Below, piece by piece: positions 18,489 to 30,319 of a stretch of DNA of 64,000 bases. Source of the DNA: Myxococcota bacterium. GTDB taxonomy: Bacteria; Myxococcota; XYA12-FULL-58-9; JABJBS01. Position 1 is the first letter of the stretch. Each line of letters begins with the position of its first letter. The notes beneath the pieces are model-generated. The model saw nothing but the letters and a program-made list of their open reading frames with translations. It searched no databases and was not told where the DNA came from. A program made the position numbers and the translations under genes. Where the stretch lies: contig JAYZAY010000024.1 in assembly GCA_036339465.1 (NCBI GenBank), positions 1-64,000 on the forward strand. Direction: 5' to 3'.

Positions 18489-20928
18489 CCCCCATTTTGC
18501 TGCCAACTATTATTCCTGTTTTTTGAGCTATGTGGTTTGGGCGCTCATATGGGTGACGCCGTTTACGGCCGCTGCCAGTGTACCCCATATTGTGCAAGAG
18601 GTGGAAGTCCAGGGACAACGCCGGGTTGAAGAGCGGACAATCCTGGCTGACTTGGAAGTGGAGGTGGGCAAATCGCTAGCTCCAGAGACCATTACACGGG
18701 ATTTGAGACGAATCTGGAGCCTGGGTTTCTTTCGTGACGTGAGGATTGAGAAGGAAATCCGAGAGAACGGCCTGGTTATAGTAGTCCATGTGGTAGAAAA
18801 GCCGGCCATTCGAAAGGTCGAATATATTGGAAATGATAAGCTCTCCACAGAAGACATTGAGGAGGTTGTTAATGTTAAGGCGCTGCGTATTCTGAATCGT
18901 AAAAAGCTTCAAGCCAATGTCTCTAAGATTCAAGAACTTTATAGCGACAAAGGTTACTATCTTGCCGATGTCCAATATCGGACCCAGGTGGTGGATGAGA
19001 GTCCGCATTTGGTGGATGTTTTCTTTGATATTCAGGAAAAATATAAAGTTCAAGTTCGCACCATTGATCTTGTTGGAAACAGTGCTCTCGAAGAGCACGA
19101 GCTCAAGGCGATAATGCGAACCCGAGAGGGCAATGAACTCTCGTTTTTATCCAATCAAGGAACCTTTAAAGAGGAATTCTTTCAAGCCGATCTGATGATG
19201 CTACAGGCCTATTACTTGGACCATGGCTATCTCACCGTGAATGTAGGTCGACCGGCTGTCACGATCTCAGCGGATCAGAAGCATATCGACATTAGTGTTC
19301 CCATCGAAGAAGGGGAGCAGTATCGAATAGGGAAGATCGATTTTTCTGGGGATTTTGAGATAAAGGATGAAACTCGGGGTGATATTACCCGCGACAAGCT
19401 TCTGGAGAGACTGTCTATAGAGTCCGGTGATATTTTTAGTCGCAAAACGCTCTTGGAAAGCATTGAGAGGATCGCCAATAGTTACAAAAATTTAGGGTAT
19501 GCGTATGCCAACGTAACGCCCAATACCCGTACGGATCCGGAAGCGCAAACGGTCGAGTTGGTAATGGATGTTCAACCGGGCAAGCTTGTTTATTTTGGTC
19601 GAATTGATGTGGTTGGAAATACTAAGACCAGAGACAAGGTGATTCGCCGTGAGTTACGGATTTATGAAGGAGAGCTTTACTCTGAGGCTCTTATGCAGGT
19701 GTCGAAGGCTCGAATTTTTCAGCTCGGATTTTTTGAGACGGTAGAATTGACCACCGCGACCACCGAGGTGGGTGATGTGGTGGATGTGAAGGTTGAGATT
19801 AAGGAAAAATCGACTGGGACATTCCAGGTGGGAGCGGGTTTTTCCAGTGCCGAATCATTTATCGCGAATGCCCAAATTTCGCAGAATAATTTCCTGGGTA
19901 CGGGCCAAACCTTGTCACTGTCTGCGCAGCTTTCATTTGGTGAGTTTGGGCGGAAATTGGCGACGGTGCAATTTTATGAGCCATACTTCTTGGATAGCTT
20001 TCTGAGTCTGGGGCTCAATGCATACATTACCCAACAGTATTATATCGACTTCCAGCGTGATGCCACAGGGTTTTCTCCTAGTCTGGGGTATCCCATTACG
20101 CCAGATCTAAGGGTCCAGGTTGGCTATACTTTGGAGAAAATTCGGATCTCGACCGATGACCGGAGTGGATTCTCACGTGCGCCTCAAGCGGCGCTTTTTA
20201 ACCTCAATCGGGATGGTTTAAGCTCTGCCCTAAGCGGAACACTTTCCTACGATACTCGTAATAATCGGCTCTTTCCCAGTGGAGGCCAATACCATCGATT
20301 CAACGTGGAGTGGTCAGATGGTATTTTGGGTTCTGATGCGGGTATGGAATTTACCAAGATGAACCTCACGGCCCGTTATTACCATAACTTATTTTGGAGC
20401 CTTGTATTCAAATTTAATGCCTCTTTAGGCTATGTCTTTGGGCCGAATGGCAGCGCTGCTCCTATCAGTGAGCGGTTTTTTCCGGGGGGTATTTTTTCGG
20501 TTCGTGGATTTCGGCCTCGCGAATTGGGACCTACGGTCGCAGTTCTTGATAAGGAAGATCCGGCATCGGCGGCTTTCTTTTTTAATGAGGGGGGCAATAA
20601 AGAGGCTGTTTTTAATTTGGAACTCGAATTTGATATTTTGGCGACTGCCGGAATTAAGGGTGTGCTATTTTTGGATGCAGGTAACGCTTACAATGATGAC
20701 GAATCTTTCTTCTATTTAACAGGGAACAAAACGGCACCGGATGTTTATCTCACTGGGTCGAATCGTCGGATTAAACCCCCATTGGGTCTCTACTATGGGG
20801 CTGGTTTTGGCTTACGTTGGTTCAGCCCTATTGGTCCGTTACGATTTGAATGGGGGATCCCGATTACCAAAAAGAATGTTGATGGTGAAAGTGTTGTCTT
20901 TGAATTTACCATTGGTAATTTCTTCTAG
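18475..20928 (+). CDS. bamA: Outer membrane protein assembly factor BamA
   Basis: POTRA repeats (GNTKTRDKVIRRE), SVRGF loop-6 motif, GFGLRWFSPIGPLRFEWG, C-terminal FTIGNFF. Confidence 0.96.
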   Translation: MQTHNPHFAANYYSCFLSYVVWALIWVTPFTAAASVPHIVQEVEVQGQRRVEERTILADLEVEVGKSLAPETITRDLRRIWSLGFFRDVRIEKEIRENGLVIVVHVVEKPAIRKVEYIGNDKLSTEDIEEVVNVKALRILNRKKLQANVSKIQELYSDKGYYLADVQYRTQVVDESPHLVDVFFDIQEKYKVQVRTIDLVGNSALEEHELKAIMRTREGNELSFLSNQGTFKEEFFQADLMMLQAYYLDHGYLTVNVGRPAVTISADQKHIDISVPIEEGEQYRIGKIDFSGDFEIKDETRGDITRDKLLERLSIESGDIFSRKTLLESIERIANSYKNLGYAYANVTPNTRTDPEAQTVELVMDVQPGKLVYFGRIDVVGNTKTRDKVIRRELRIYEGELYSEALMQVSKARIFQLGFFETVELTTATTEVGDVVDVKVEIKEKSTGTFQVGAGFSSAESFIANAQISQNNFLGTGQTLSLSAQLSFGEFGRKLATVQFYEPYFLDSFLSLGLNAYITQQYYIDFQRDATGFSPSLGYPITPDLRVQVGYTLEKIRISTDDRSGFSRAPQAALFNLNRDGLSSALSGTLSYDTRNNRLFPSGGQYHRFNVEWSDGILGSDAGMEFTKMNLTARYYHNLFWSLVFKFNASLGYVFGPNGSAAPISERFFPGGIFSVRGFRPRELGPTVAVLDKEDPASAAFFFNEGGNKEAVFNLELEFDILATAGIKGVLFLDAGNAYNDDESFFYLTGNKTAPDVYLTGSNRRIKPPLGLYYGAGFGLRWFSPIGPLRFEWGIPITKKNVDGESVVFEFTIGNFF

Positions 20929-20931
20929 AAA

Positions 20932-23508
20932 TTAGAAACTCGCCAGTGACTGGACGAAACTAAAGTTCAGTGTGAATGGTAAGTCGGAGAGGTCTTGTTC
21001 ACAGGAACGAAGTGGGAATCCCAGGTCGATGTGTAGGGCGGAGGGTGCGATGGCTAAGATATCGGCGAGAAATCGAATGCTGTAGCCGATGTCCACGAAC
21101 CAACTTTTATCGCAGCTAAGGTTTGCTTGGGGGAAGTAGACGAGATCCGAGAATACTGCCCCCTGAATTTGGGTCACGGTAAAGAGTCCTAGGAGATTGT
21201 TGGTGCTTTTGAAGCTTAAAGCTTGTCGGTACTCTGCGGTGCCCGTAGCCCTTAGTCCGGTGCCGTGAAAATCGGATGGCAGGTAGCTTCGGGCTGCCGA
21301 ATAGAGAGAACCTAGTTGGAGTTTATGATGTTTAGGCGCGGCTGCTCCTTGGTAATCTAAGCGTAGTCTGGTCGCAATTGCCATTTGGGACGCCAGGGGA
21401 AATAAATGCAAGATGCTGGCGGTTAGGTCTGGGTAGCTGTTTTGGATCGGGCCTCCCAAGTTGAACGTTTGGCGAAAGCCGACCAAGCCAGCTTTTCCCC
21501 GAAAACTTCCGAATATATTATACCGATTGTCGAACCGATAACCTCCGCCGAGGCTTAGGGTCATAGAGGGATCGCTAGGGGCGGTTTGTAAAAGAACGCT
21601 GTAGGATGTCGCCAAGAAAAGGTGATTTTTGTATCTAAGGTTGTCAAGGGGGGAGCCAAAGCTGTAGCTAAAACGTGTTCCGAGAGCCAGTAGTTCCCGG
21701 TTGTATGATAAAGACGCTCCGAAGCGGTAACGATAATCGTAGGTAGGGCGTAGTCCCAAATCAACGCCCGTAGAGAATCTTCCATCTATTGCACTGAGCT
21801 GTGCAGAAAAATGATTGAGAAGAAACGTCCAGTGGTTCGAGAAATCGTTGTCCTTTTCTGGGGCCTGTCCGAGCGGGCTGTGGAGTTCGACGAGTGAACG
21901 TGTGGGGATGAGTTTTAGGGTTTCGCCGTCAGCTTCTGGGGGAATTGTTAAGGTGCCAGGAGCCTTGAACTGAACTTTTCCGGGGCCTTTTGGGGTTTCA
22001 TATTCAAACCATAGATTTTCTGAGAGAAAACCGGCATCCGGACCGGTTTGCGTTATTCTGAATTGTCGGTCGTTGTTGGACACGGGTTCTAAGGCGTAGC
22101 CGATTTTCAGACATTTGGATGTCCATGCTGCCAGGGTTGGCAAATCTCCGCCATTATTCCTGATGAAGTTCATGAAGTCTTCCCAGGTTCTGTTTTTAAG
22201 GTCGATCAGCCCCAATATGTCTACATTTGGGATTTCCGCTTGTAGCTTTGAGTAGAGTGGCTCAGCCCGGTGATGCCCATACAGAAAGGTAAGGGGACTA
22301 AAATCATGGAGTTTTGGGGTACAGACGGGGCGATAGTAGGTTCGTTGAAACGGAATTGAAGGGGCATGTAAAAGGACATCGACCTGTGGGATGAACGCAA
22401 ACGGTTTTATTAAGGTCGATATACCTTCACGGGATTCAGACTGAATACTCTGAGAACTATTTTTCTGCGCGTATTCTCTCCTAAGCAATGTTTTGGCTAG
22501 AATTGCGCTGAGAAGTCCTTGGAAATGTTCGTTTTGTGCTGAAGTGGAAGCACGAATCACTCTCGTCAAGAGGGCTTCTTGGAGCCTGTTACGGTGTAAC
22601 TTTTGCAATTGCTCAAGGGGGGGGATGTGAAAGAAACGGTCGCTTATGGCGAAACCGAGGTCGAATTCCACAACCAACTCGCTTCGAAGGGGCAGGATGA
22701 TGAGGAGCATGGGAGTTCGAAAATCTCTGGTCATTTGATGGTGGGGTAAGGATTCTAGTAGGGCGCGAATTTGTTGTAGGTGGGTGCTTGGTGTTGTTTT
22801 TCCAAGTTCCCATAGTTTTGACGGATAACTTCTGGATTGGTTTAAGTTTGGGTAGATAAACAAGGATTCCTTAATGACGCCTTCCTGGATATAGATTGGG
22901 GTTAGCTTGAGCGTTTTAGACAGAAGGATAGGCAAGTAATGTCCATGATGGGTTTGGTGGTACTTTTTTTGTTTAGGGGAGGTGGGTTGGGTACCGATGA
23001 GACCAGGCTCAATTTGGTTTAACACGATAGTGTAGTGGATGTCTTGTTTTGGGATGAGGTCTGGATGTGTGGAAAGAGTGGGGTGCCATCCGGTTAAGAG
23101 ACTTAAGTAGTATGGCGATTTCCCAAGTAACTCTCTTCCTTCAGCGACCGTTGTCTTAAAGTGGATGACGAGTGTTTCGTCTTGGTTTTCGATTACTGCT
23201 TTTTGTCGATCCTTAAAGTAATTCAATCGGTCCGGCATTTTTCCGCTCTTCATCGTGGGTGGGGACGGTGATAGGGGAGGGAGGTACCAAGCTCGATTTG
23301 TATCGGTGAGTGCATCTTCGCGTTGGTGGACCCAGTTTGGGTATTGACTCATATAGAGCGTTTTGCGGTTCGGTTTGCGGCAGTTTAGGGTTCCGGCTAC
23401 CACGCCCATTTTAACATCGATTTGTGCCTGGATACTGAGTGATTCGCATGGAAGAGGCGTTGGTGCCATGGAGTGTACGGTAATTATGAAGAGGAAGGTA
23501 AGGGGCAT
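20932..23508 (-). CDS. Hypothetical outer-membrane protein: M1-aminopeptidase-like N-terminus (no HEXXH) plus Omp85-like C-terminal barrel
   Basis: 858-aa ORF. C-terminal pattern FDNR...G, P...LQLG...ARSY, AEYR, GAVFSD, IGYSIRF, LHIDLGFPL and terminal F parallels Omp85 barrels. Confidence 0.6.
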   Translation of the reverse strand: MPLTFLFIITVHSMAPTPLPCESLSIQAQIDVKMGVVAGTLNCRKPNRKTLYMSQYPNWVHQREDALTDTNRAWYLPPLSPSPPTMKSGKMPDRLNYFKDRQKAVIENQDETLVIHFKTTVAEGRELLGKSPYYLSLLTGWHPTLSTHPDLIPKQDIHYTIVLNQIEPGLIGTQPTSPKQKKYHQTHHGHYLPILLSKTLKLTPIYIQEGVIKESLFIYPNLNQSRSYPSKLWELGKTTPSTHLQQIRALLESLPHHQMTRDFRTPMLLIILPLRSELVVEFDLGFAISDRFFHIPPLEQLQKLHRNRLQEALLTRVIRASTSAQNEHFQGLLSAILAKTLLRREYAQKNSSQSIQSESREGISTLIKPFAFIPQVDVLLHAPSIPFQRTYYRPVCTPKLHDFSPLTFLYGHHRAEPLYSKLQAEIPNVDILGLIDLKNRTWEDFMNFIRNNGGDLPTLAAWTSKCLKIGYALEPVSNNDRQFRITQTGPDAGFLSENLWFEYETPKGPGKVQFKAPGTLTIPPEADGETLKLIPTRSLVELHSPLGQAPEKDNDFSNHWTFLLNHFSAQLSAIDGRFSTGVDLGLRPTYDYRYRFGASLSYNRELLALGTRFSYSFGSPLDNLRYKNHLFLATSYSVLLQTAPSDPSMTLSLGGGYRFDNRYNIFGSFRGKAGLVGFRQTFNLGGPIQNSYPDLTASILHLFPLASQMAIATRLRLDYQGAAAPKHHKLQLGSLYSAARSYLPSDFHGTGLRATGTAEYRQALSFKSTNNLLGLFTVTQIQGAVFSDLVYFPQANLSCDKSWFVDIGYSIRFLADILAIAPSALHIDLGFPLRSCEQDLSDLPFTLNFSFVQSLASF

Positions 23509-23589
23509 AGTCTACTCTTAGTCTGTACTAAATAGGAGTTCCAAGCACCCAGTGAGAATAGATTCGAAATAAAGTCCTTTTCTCAATAT

Positions 23590-24552
23590 TCAGATTTCTA
23601 AGAGTTGGGACGTTTTTAGGGCTGTGTTGATTTGGTTGGCCATGTCTAGGACCCGACTGGCTTGGGTTAAGTCTACTTTTGGTCTTGACTGGGTCCGAAT
23701 GGATACGATGAAATCGTTGAGTTGTTCGTAGAGGGGATCTTTGTTGGGGACATCGAGTGTCTTGGCCGAAATAGCAGGCCATTGACCTCCCGAATCAGAA
23801 TCCCGGTGAACACATTTAACTTCTCGATCCTTACAGTCGACGGAAACGTAGCCGTGTTTGGAGAAGAAACGAATTTTTCTGACTTGTTCCATGGAGGCAC
23901 GGCCAGCTCTCAGTTCTGCGACTTGCCCCCCACCAAAGGCGAGTCGGACGCTCGCCATATCTGTTTCGGCGGTGACGATTGGCACCCCTGCGGCGCGAAC
24001 CTCAATGAGTTGGTCTGGAATGATAGCTGCGACCAGATCGAGATCGTGGATCATCAAGTCCATGATCACGTCTATATTTCCCGAGCGTCCAGAAAAGGGG
24101 CCGAGTCGTTCCGAGGTGATATAGCGAGCACCAGACACCAATGGCAGGGCTTGTTGAATCGCTGGATTAAAGCGTTCGACGTGTCCCACCTGAACGATTC
24201 TTGGCTTTTTTTCCACCAGCGCGATGAGGGTTGATAATTCAGCCTGAGTGGCGGTGGCAGGTTTTTCTATGAGTAGGTGGTAACCTTGACCGAGAAGAGT
24301 TGTGGAGGTGTCGGCATGGGTCTCAGTTGGGGATGCTACAATCGCGGCGTCTAGATTGAGTGAGTCGTGGATTTGGTCGATGTGTTCGTAAACGATGCAG
24401 TCATGGTCCACTCTTGCCTTCGCTCGTTGATTCGCGTCAGGATCCACGATGGCAACAAGCTCCGCTTCTGGATGTTCTTTTACTTTTGCAGCGTGGTATC
24501 CTCCGAGGTGCCCATAGCCGATAATGGCGAATTTGATGGAAGTATGACGCAT
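23590..24552 (-). CDS. Gfo/Idh/MocA oxidoreductase, GnnA-like (UDP-GlcNAc 3-dehydrogenase candidate)
   Basis: IGYGHLG, LLIEKP, QVGHVERFNP, DVIMDLMIHDLD; directly downstream of lpxA-lpxI. Confidence 0.85.
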   Translation of the reverse strand: MRHTSIKFAIIGYGHLGGYHAAKVKEHPEAELVAIVDPDANQRAKARVDHDCIVYEHIDQIHDSLNLDAAIVASPTETHADTSTTLLGQGYHLLIEKPATATQAELSTLIALVEKKPRIVQVGHVERFNPAIQQALPLVSGARYITSERLGPFSGRSGNIDVIMDLMIHDLDLVAAIIPDQLIEVRAAGVPIVTAETDMASVRLAFGGGQVAELRAGRASMEQVRKIRFFSKHGYVSVDCKDREVKCVHRDSDSGGQWPAISAKTLDVPNKDPLYEQLNDFIVSIRTQSRPKVDLTQASRVLDMANQINTALKTSQLLEI

Positions 24553-24566
24553 ATGAAAGTTCTCTT

Positions 24567-25391
24567 TTAATCCAGTCCGATAATCGTTATCCCAACTTGA
24601 TTTGCTTTTTTGATGATGACTTCAGGTTCAAGTAGTAAGGTTCGGTTGGCTTCGATGCCTAGTACTTTTCCTCCAGCTTTTGAGATCGCCTCGATGGTTT
24701 GGATACCGATTGCAGGTATGTCGAAACGCATATCTTGGACGGGCTTGGCAACTTTGACCACCACTATTTTTGTGTTATTTGCGATTTTCCCTGCCCTTAG
24801 GATACAAGCATCGGTCCCTTCCATGGCTTCCAAGGCGACGACGGTTCCTTCTCTCACGACCACGGTTTGGCCTATGTCTAGTTTTCCTATTTCTCGCGCC
24901 ACGCGTAATCCATAATCAAGATCTTTTTGCTCTTGGGCGGTCGGAGAGCGGTTGGTAAGTAGACCTGATGGTGCCAACGCTTCCGGCATAAAAATAGTCG
25001 AGTCTACGATCTCAATACCGTGTTTTTCAAATTCAGCTGCGATTGCTCTGAGCATGCCGTCGTCTTTTTTGAGTGCCGTTTGGGCCAGGAGCTTAAGTGC
25101 GGTCCAGTCGGGCCGAGCTCCCATGAATAACCGTGTTTTTTTTACGCCTCCGGCCATTGCGGCTTGTTGCACATGGTGTTTTTTAAAGAACCGAATCATG
25201 CGTGAGAGCTGTCCCACTTTGACCCATTGGACATCGGGGACGTGGTCGGTGATGGCCGTCTTGGTTTCACCCTCCATGGCGACAGCGACGACGGCTATGT
25301 TCTTCTCCATGGCTGCTTTGGCAAATAGCAGTGGGAATGAACCATTGCCGGCAATTAATCCAAATGGGGGAGGGCTGTGTACTTGGTTCAT
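24567..25391 (-). CDS. lpxI: UDP-2,3-diacylglucosamine pyrophosphatase LpxI
   Basis: GLIAGNGSFP, LDIGQTVVV, EAMEGTD, KPVQDMRFDIPAIG. Confidence 0.93.
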   Translation of the reverse strand: MNQVHSPPPFGLIAGNGSFPLLFAKAAMEKNIAVVAVAMEGETKTAITDHVPDVQWVKVGQLSRMIRFFKKHHVQQAAMAGGVKKTRLFMGARPDWTALKLLAQTALKKDDGMLRAIAAEFEKHGIEIVDSTIFMPEALAPSGLLTNRSPTAQEQKDLDYGLRVAREIGKLDIGQTVVVREGTVVALEAMEGTDACILRAGKIANNTKIVVVKVAKPVQDMRFDIPAIGIQTIEAISKAGGKVLGIEANRTLLLEPEVIIKKANQVGITIIGLD

Positions 25392-25396
25392 GAATC

Positions 25397-26185
25397 TTAG
25401 CCCTGGTTTCTCCTGATGGAGCAGATACTTCGAGAGGAACTCTTCATGAACTCCACAAATGTTTCCACATGCGGGTCATCAAAGCCAGTTCGAATGGTTT
25501 CTAGGGCAAGGGCGCGCGTCTTACCTGAATGGAACAGAATTTTGAATGCGCTCGAAAGCTGAGTGATTGCGGTTTTTGAAAGGCCCTGGCGTTGGAGTCC
25601 GATACGGTTGACGCTCACATGGCGCGCTCGGTCTCCTTGGACCATGCAAAAAGGAAGCACATCTTGTGCGACCATGGCACCGGCAGCGACTAAAGCCATT
25701 GTTCCAACGCGACAAAACTGATGGATACCTGCAAGGCCGCCCACAATAACGTTATCCCCGAGCGATACATGGCCGGCGAGGCCAACTGAATTCGCCAGTA
25801 TGACCTGGTTTCCAAGTTCGCAGTCGTGAGCGACGTGTGAATATGCCATAAATAGGCAATCATTACCTACTCTGGTTTCCATTGCGCCGTCTTGAGTTCC
25901 TATATTCATGGTTACGGATTCACGAATTGTATTGTTGTTCCCGATCTGGAGGGTGGATGGTTCACCGTCAAACTTGAGATCCTGAGGGACCGTGCCTAGG
26001 GAAGCGAAGGGGAATACGGTGTTGTTTTCTCCTATGGTCGTTCTGTTTTGCACGTTTACGTGTGAGATTAGCTTCGTGTTAGCACCTATCCTCGCGTGTG
26101 ACCCAATGATGCAGTAGGGACCGATTTCCGCAGTGTGGTGGATTTCCGATCCTTCAGCAATGATTGCGGTGGGGTGAATTGCCAT
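25397..26185 (-). CDS. lpxA: Acyl-ACP--UDP-N-acetylglucosamine O-acyltransferase
   Basis: MAIHPTAII start (overlaps the lpxD stop), PQDLKF, HVAHDC, LAGHV, IHQF. The extra 110 aa in the ORF track overlap lpxD and are spurious. Confidence 0.96.
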   Translation of the reverse strand: MAIHPTAIIAEGSEIHHTAEIGPYCIIGSHARIGANTKLISHVNVQNRTTIGENNTVFPFASLGTVPQDLKFDGEPSTLQIGNNNTIRESVTMNIGTQDGAMETRVGNDCLFMAYSHVAHDCELGNQVILANSVGLAGHVSLGDNVIVGGLAGIHQFCRVGTMALVAAGAMVAQDVLPFCMVQGDRARHVSVNRIGLQRQGLSKTAITQLSSAFKILFHSGKTRALALETIRTGFDDPHVETFVEFMKSSSRSICSIRRNQG

Positions 26186-27246
26186 TATGATAAGTCCTCC
26201 TTGGAAGAGGTGGGATTGGCGTGATCTTTTGTCTCTTTTTCTTTCTTTTGGCTGCGTAAACTTAAAATCTCTTTTCGCATTTTGGGAAGTTCTTTGCGGA
26301 GTGCGCTGTAACGTAGCCAGTCTCGGTGAGGCATGGCAGGGGTTCCCGAAAGGATGGATCCCTTTTTGACATTGCTGATGGGGGCAGCTCTTGCGGCGAG
26401 CATGACCTGATCTTCGATTTGAATATGGCCAACGACGCCTGCTTGAGCTCCTATAATAACATTGTTGCCGACGGTGGTGCTGCCTGCGATGCCAGCTTGG
26501 CTCACGATGACACAATCTTGGCCGATACGAACATTGTGTGCGATTTGTACCAGATTATCGATTTTGGTGCCCCGTCCTATTTGGGTTGCCCCCAGCGCAG
26601 CCCTGTCAATGGTTACATTTGCCCCTATCTCTACATCATCCTCGATGATAACGATTCCGACTTGGGGGATTTTATGGTGCTTGCCGGTGCTATCGGAGGC
26701 GAACCCAAAGCCATCGCTACCTATGACACTTCCCGACTGAATGACCACACGGTTTCCAAGAATAGAACCATCAAGGAGCTTGGTGCCCGGATGGATAAAG
26801 CAGTCTGAGCCTATGGCGACGCCGCGGCCCACATACGCTCCAGCTTCGATGATGGTATTGTCCCCAATCACTGCCTCATCCATGATGATAGCGGCTGGGC
26901 CGATACTGGCGGTTTTGGAGAGGGTGGCGGTGGGAGAGATATAAGCACCTGGGGTTATGCCGGGTTTTCTTGGGGCCGAAGGATGGAACAACCTGACCAA
27001 TTTTGCGAGGGCCACATAAGGTTCAGAGCTTATCAGCTGACTGATGTTTAGCTCTGGGATTGCTTGAGCTAAGAGCAGTCCACCAGCTTGGGTGGTGGCT
27101 AGGAGACCCTTGTATTTTTTGTTGGTGAAAAAGCTAAGGTGGTCTCTTGTCGCTCGATTTAGTTCGGCGACCCCAGTGATCTGTTTAGAATGGTCTCCGA
27201 CGACTTTGCCGCCAACGACTTCGGCCAAGTGGCCAAGGCTAGGCAT
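26185..27246 (-). CDS. lpxD: UDP-3-O-(3-hydroxyacyl)glucosamine N-acyltransferase
   Basis: Hexapeptide repeats, [33 protein letters not shown]. Confidence 0.96.
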   Translation of the reverse strand: MPSLGHLAEVVGGKVVGDHSKQITGVAELNRATRDHLSFFTNKKYKGLLATTQAGGLLLAQAIPELNISQLISSEPYVALAKLVRLFHPSAPRKPGITPGAYISPTATLSKTASIGPAAIIMDEAVIGDNTIIEAGAYVGRGVAIGSDCFIHPGTKLLDGSILGNRVVIQSGSVIGSDGFGFASDSTGKHHKIPQVGIVIIEDDVEIGANVTIDRAALGATQIGRGTKIDNLVQIAHNVRIGQDCVIVSQAGIAGSTTVGNNVIIGAQAGVVGHIQIEDQVMLAARAAPISNVKKGSILSGTPAMPHRDWLRYSALRKELPKMRKEILSLRSQKKEKETKDHANPTSSKEDLS

Positions 27247-27253
27247 TCTCTTT

Positions 27254-27784
27254 TTATTTTTTCGCGTATTGTTTGTTGTAGGCTTTTACAACATCACTGG
27301 TAATGTCTTGATGTCGCTTATGGTAGAGCACGGCGGCGTTGATTTCTAGGATCATATCGTAACTATCCCTATCTCCGATTCGGGCGACGATGGTTCGAAT
27401 TTTTTCGCCGATTCCCTTGGTGATCTTACCTTCTTGGTCCATGAGTTCACGTTGGAGTCCCATGTAGGTTTGCTGCATTTCCATGAATTTACGTTGCAGC
27501 TCGTCTTGTTGCTTCGCTCGGACTTCGGGTTTCATCATGGTGGATTTACGGTCGAAATCTTCTTTTTTTCGCTTCATCTCTTTCTGAAGCTTGTCTAATT
27601 GGGCTTGTTTGCGCTCGAAATCCTTCTTGAGCTTGGCTTTAGCCGCTTTGCCCTCGTCGACTTCGTTGAGGGCCCGAGACATGTCGACATAACCAACCCG
27701 GATTTTACTGGTGGCTGCCTGGAGGGGAGCACCTGTGAGGAAAGCAAAAATGCAAATGCTGATAAGAACGCCATTGAATCGCAT
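27254..27784 (-). CDS. skp: Periplasmic chaperone Skp/OmpH
   Basis: Signal peptide, VGYVD, long coiled coil, DITSDV; upstream of lpxD. Confidence 0.92.
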   Translation of the reverse strand: MRFNGVLISICIFAFLTGAPLQAATSKIRVGYVDMSRALNEVDEGKAAKAKLKKDFERKQAQLDKLQKEMKRKKEDFDRKSTMMKPEVRAKQQDELQRKFMEMQQTYMGLQRELMDQEGKITKGIGEKIRTIVARIGDRDSYDMILEINAAVLYHKRHQDITSDVVKAYNKQYAKK

Positions 27785-27883
27785 AGAAAACTCCGAGAAA
27801 ACTGCAAAATGTTACCGGTGGGGTGTATCATAATCAAAGACGCGGTCAAGCGGTGTACATTCATGGGCTTTCCGGAGTGAAGG

Positions 27884-30288
<2,405 letters not shown>

Positions 30289-30319
30289 AGAAACCTGTTA
30301 TCTTAAGGATTGAACAAGC

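Noticed and set aside
26186..26515. 110-aa N-terminal extension of LpxA in the ORF track
   Set aside because: It overlaps lpxD in another frame and is low-complexity; the real start MAIHPTA has its own RBS (GGAGG) at the lpxD stop.
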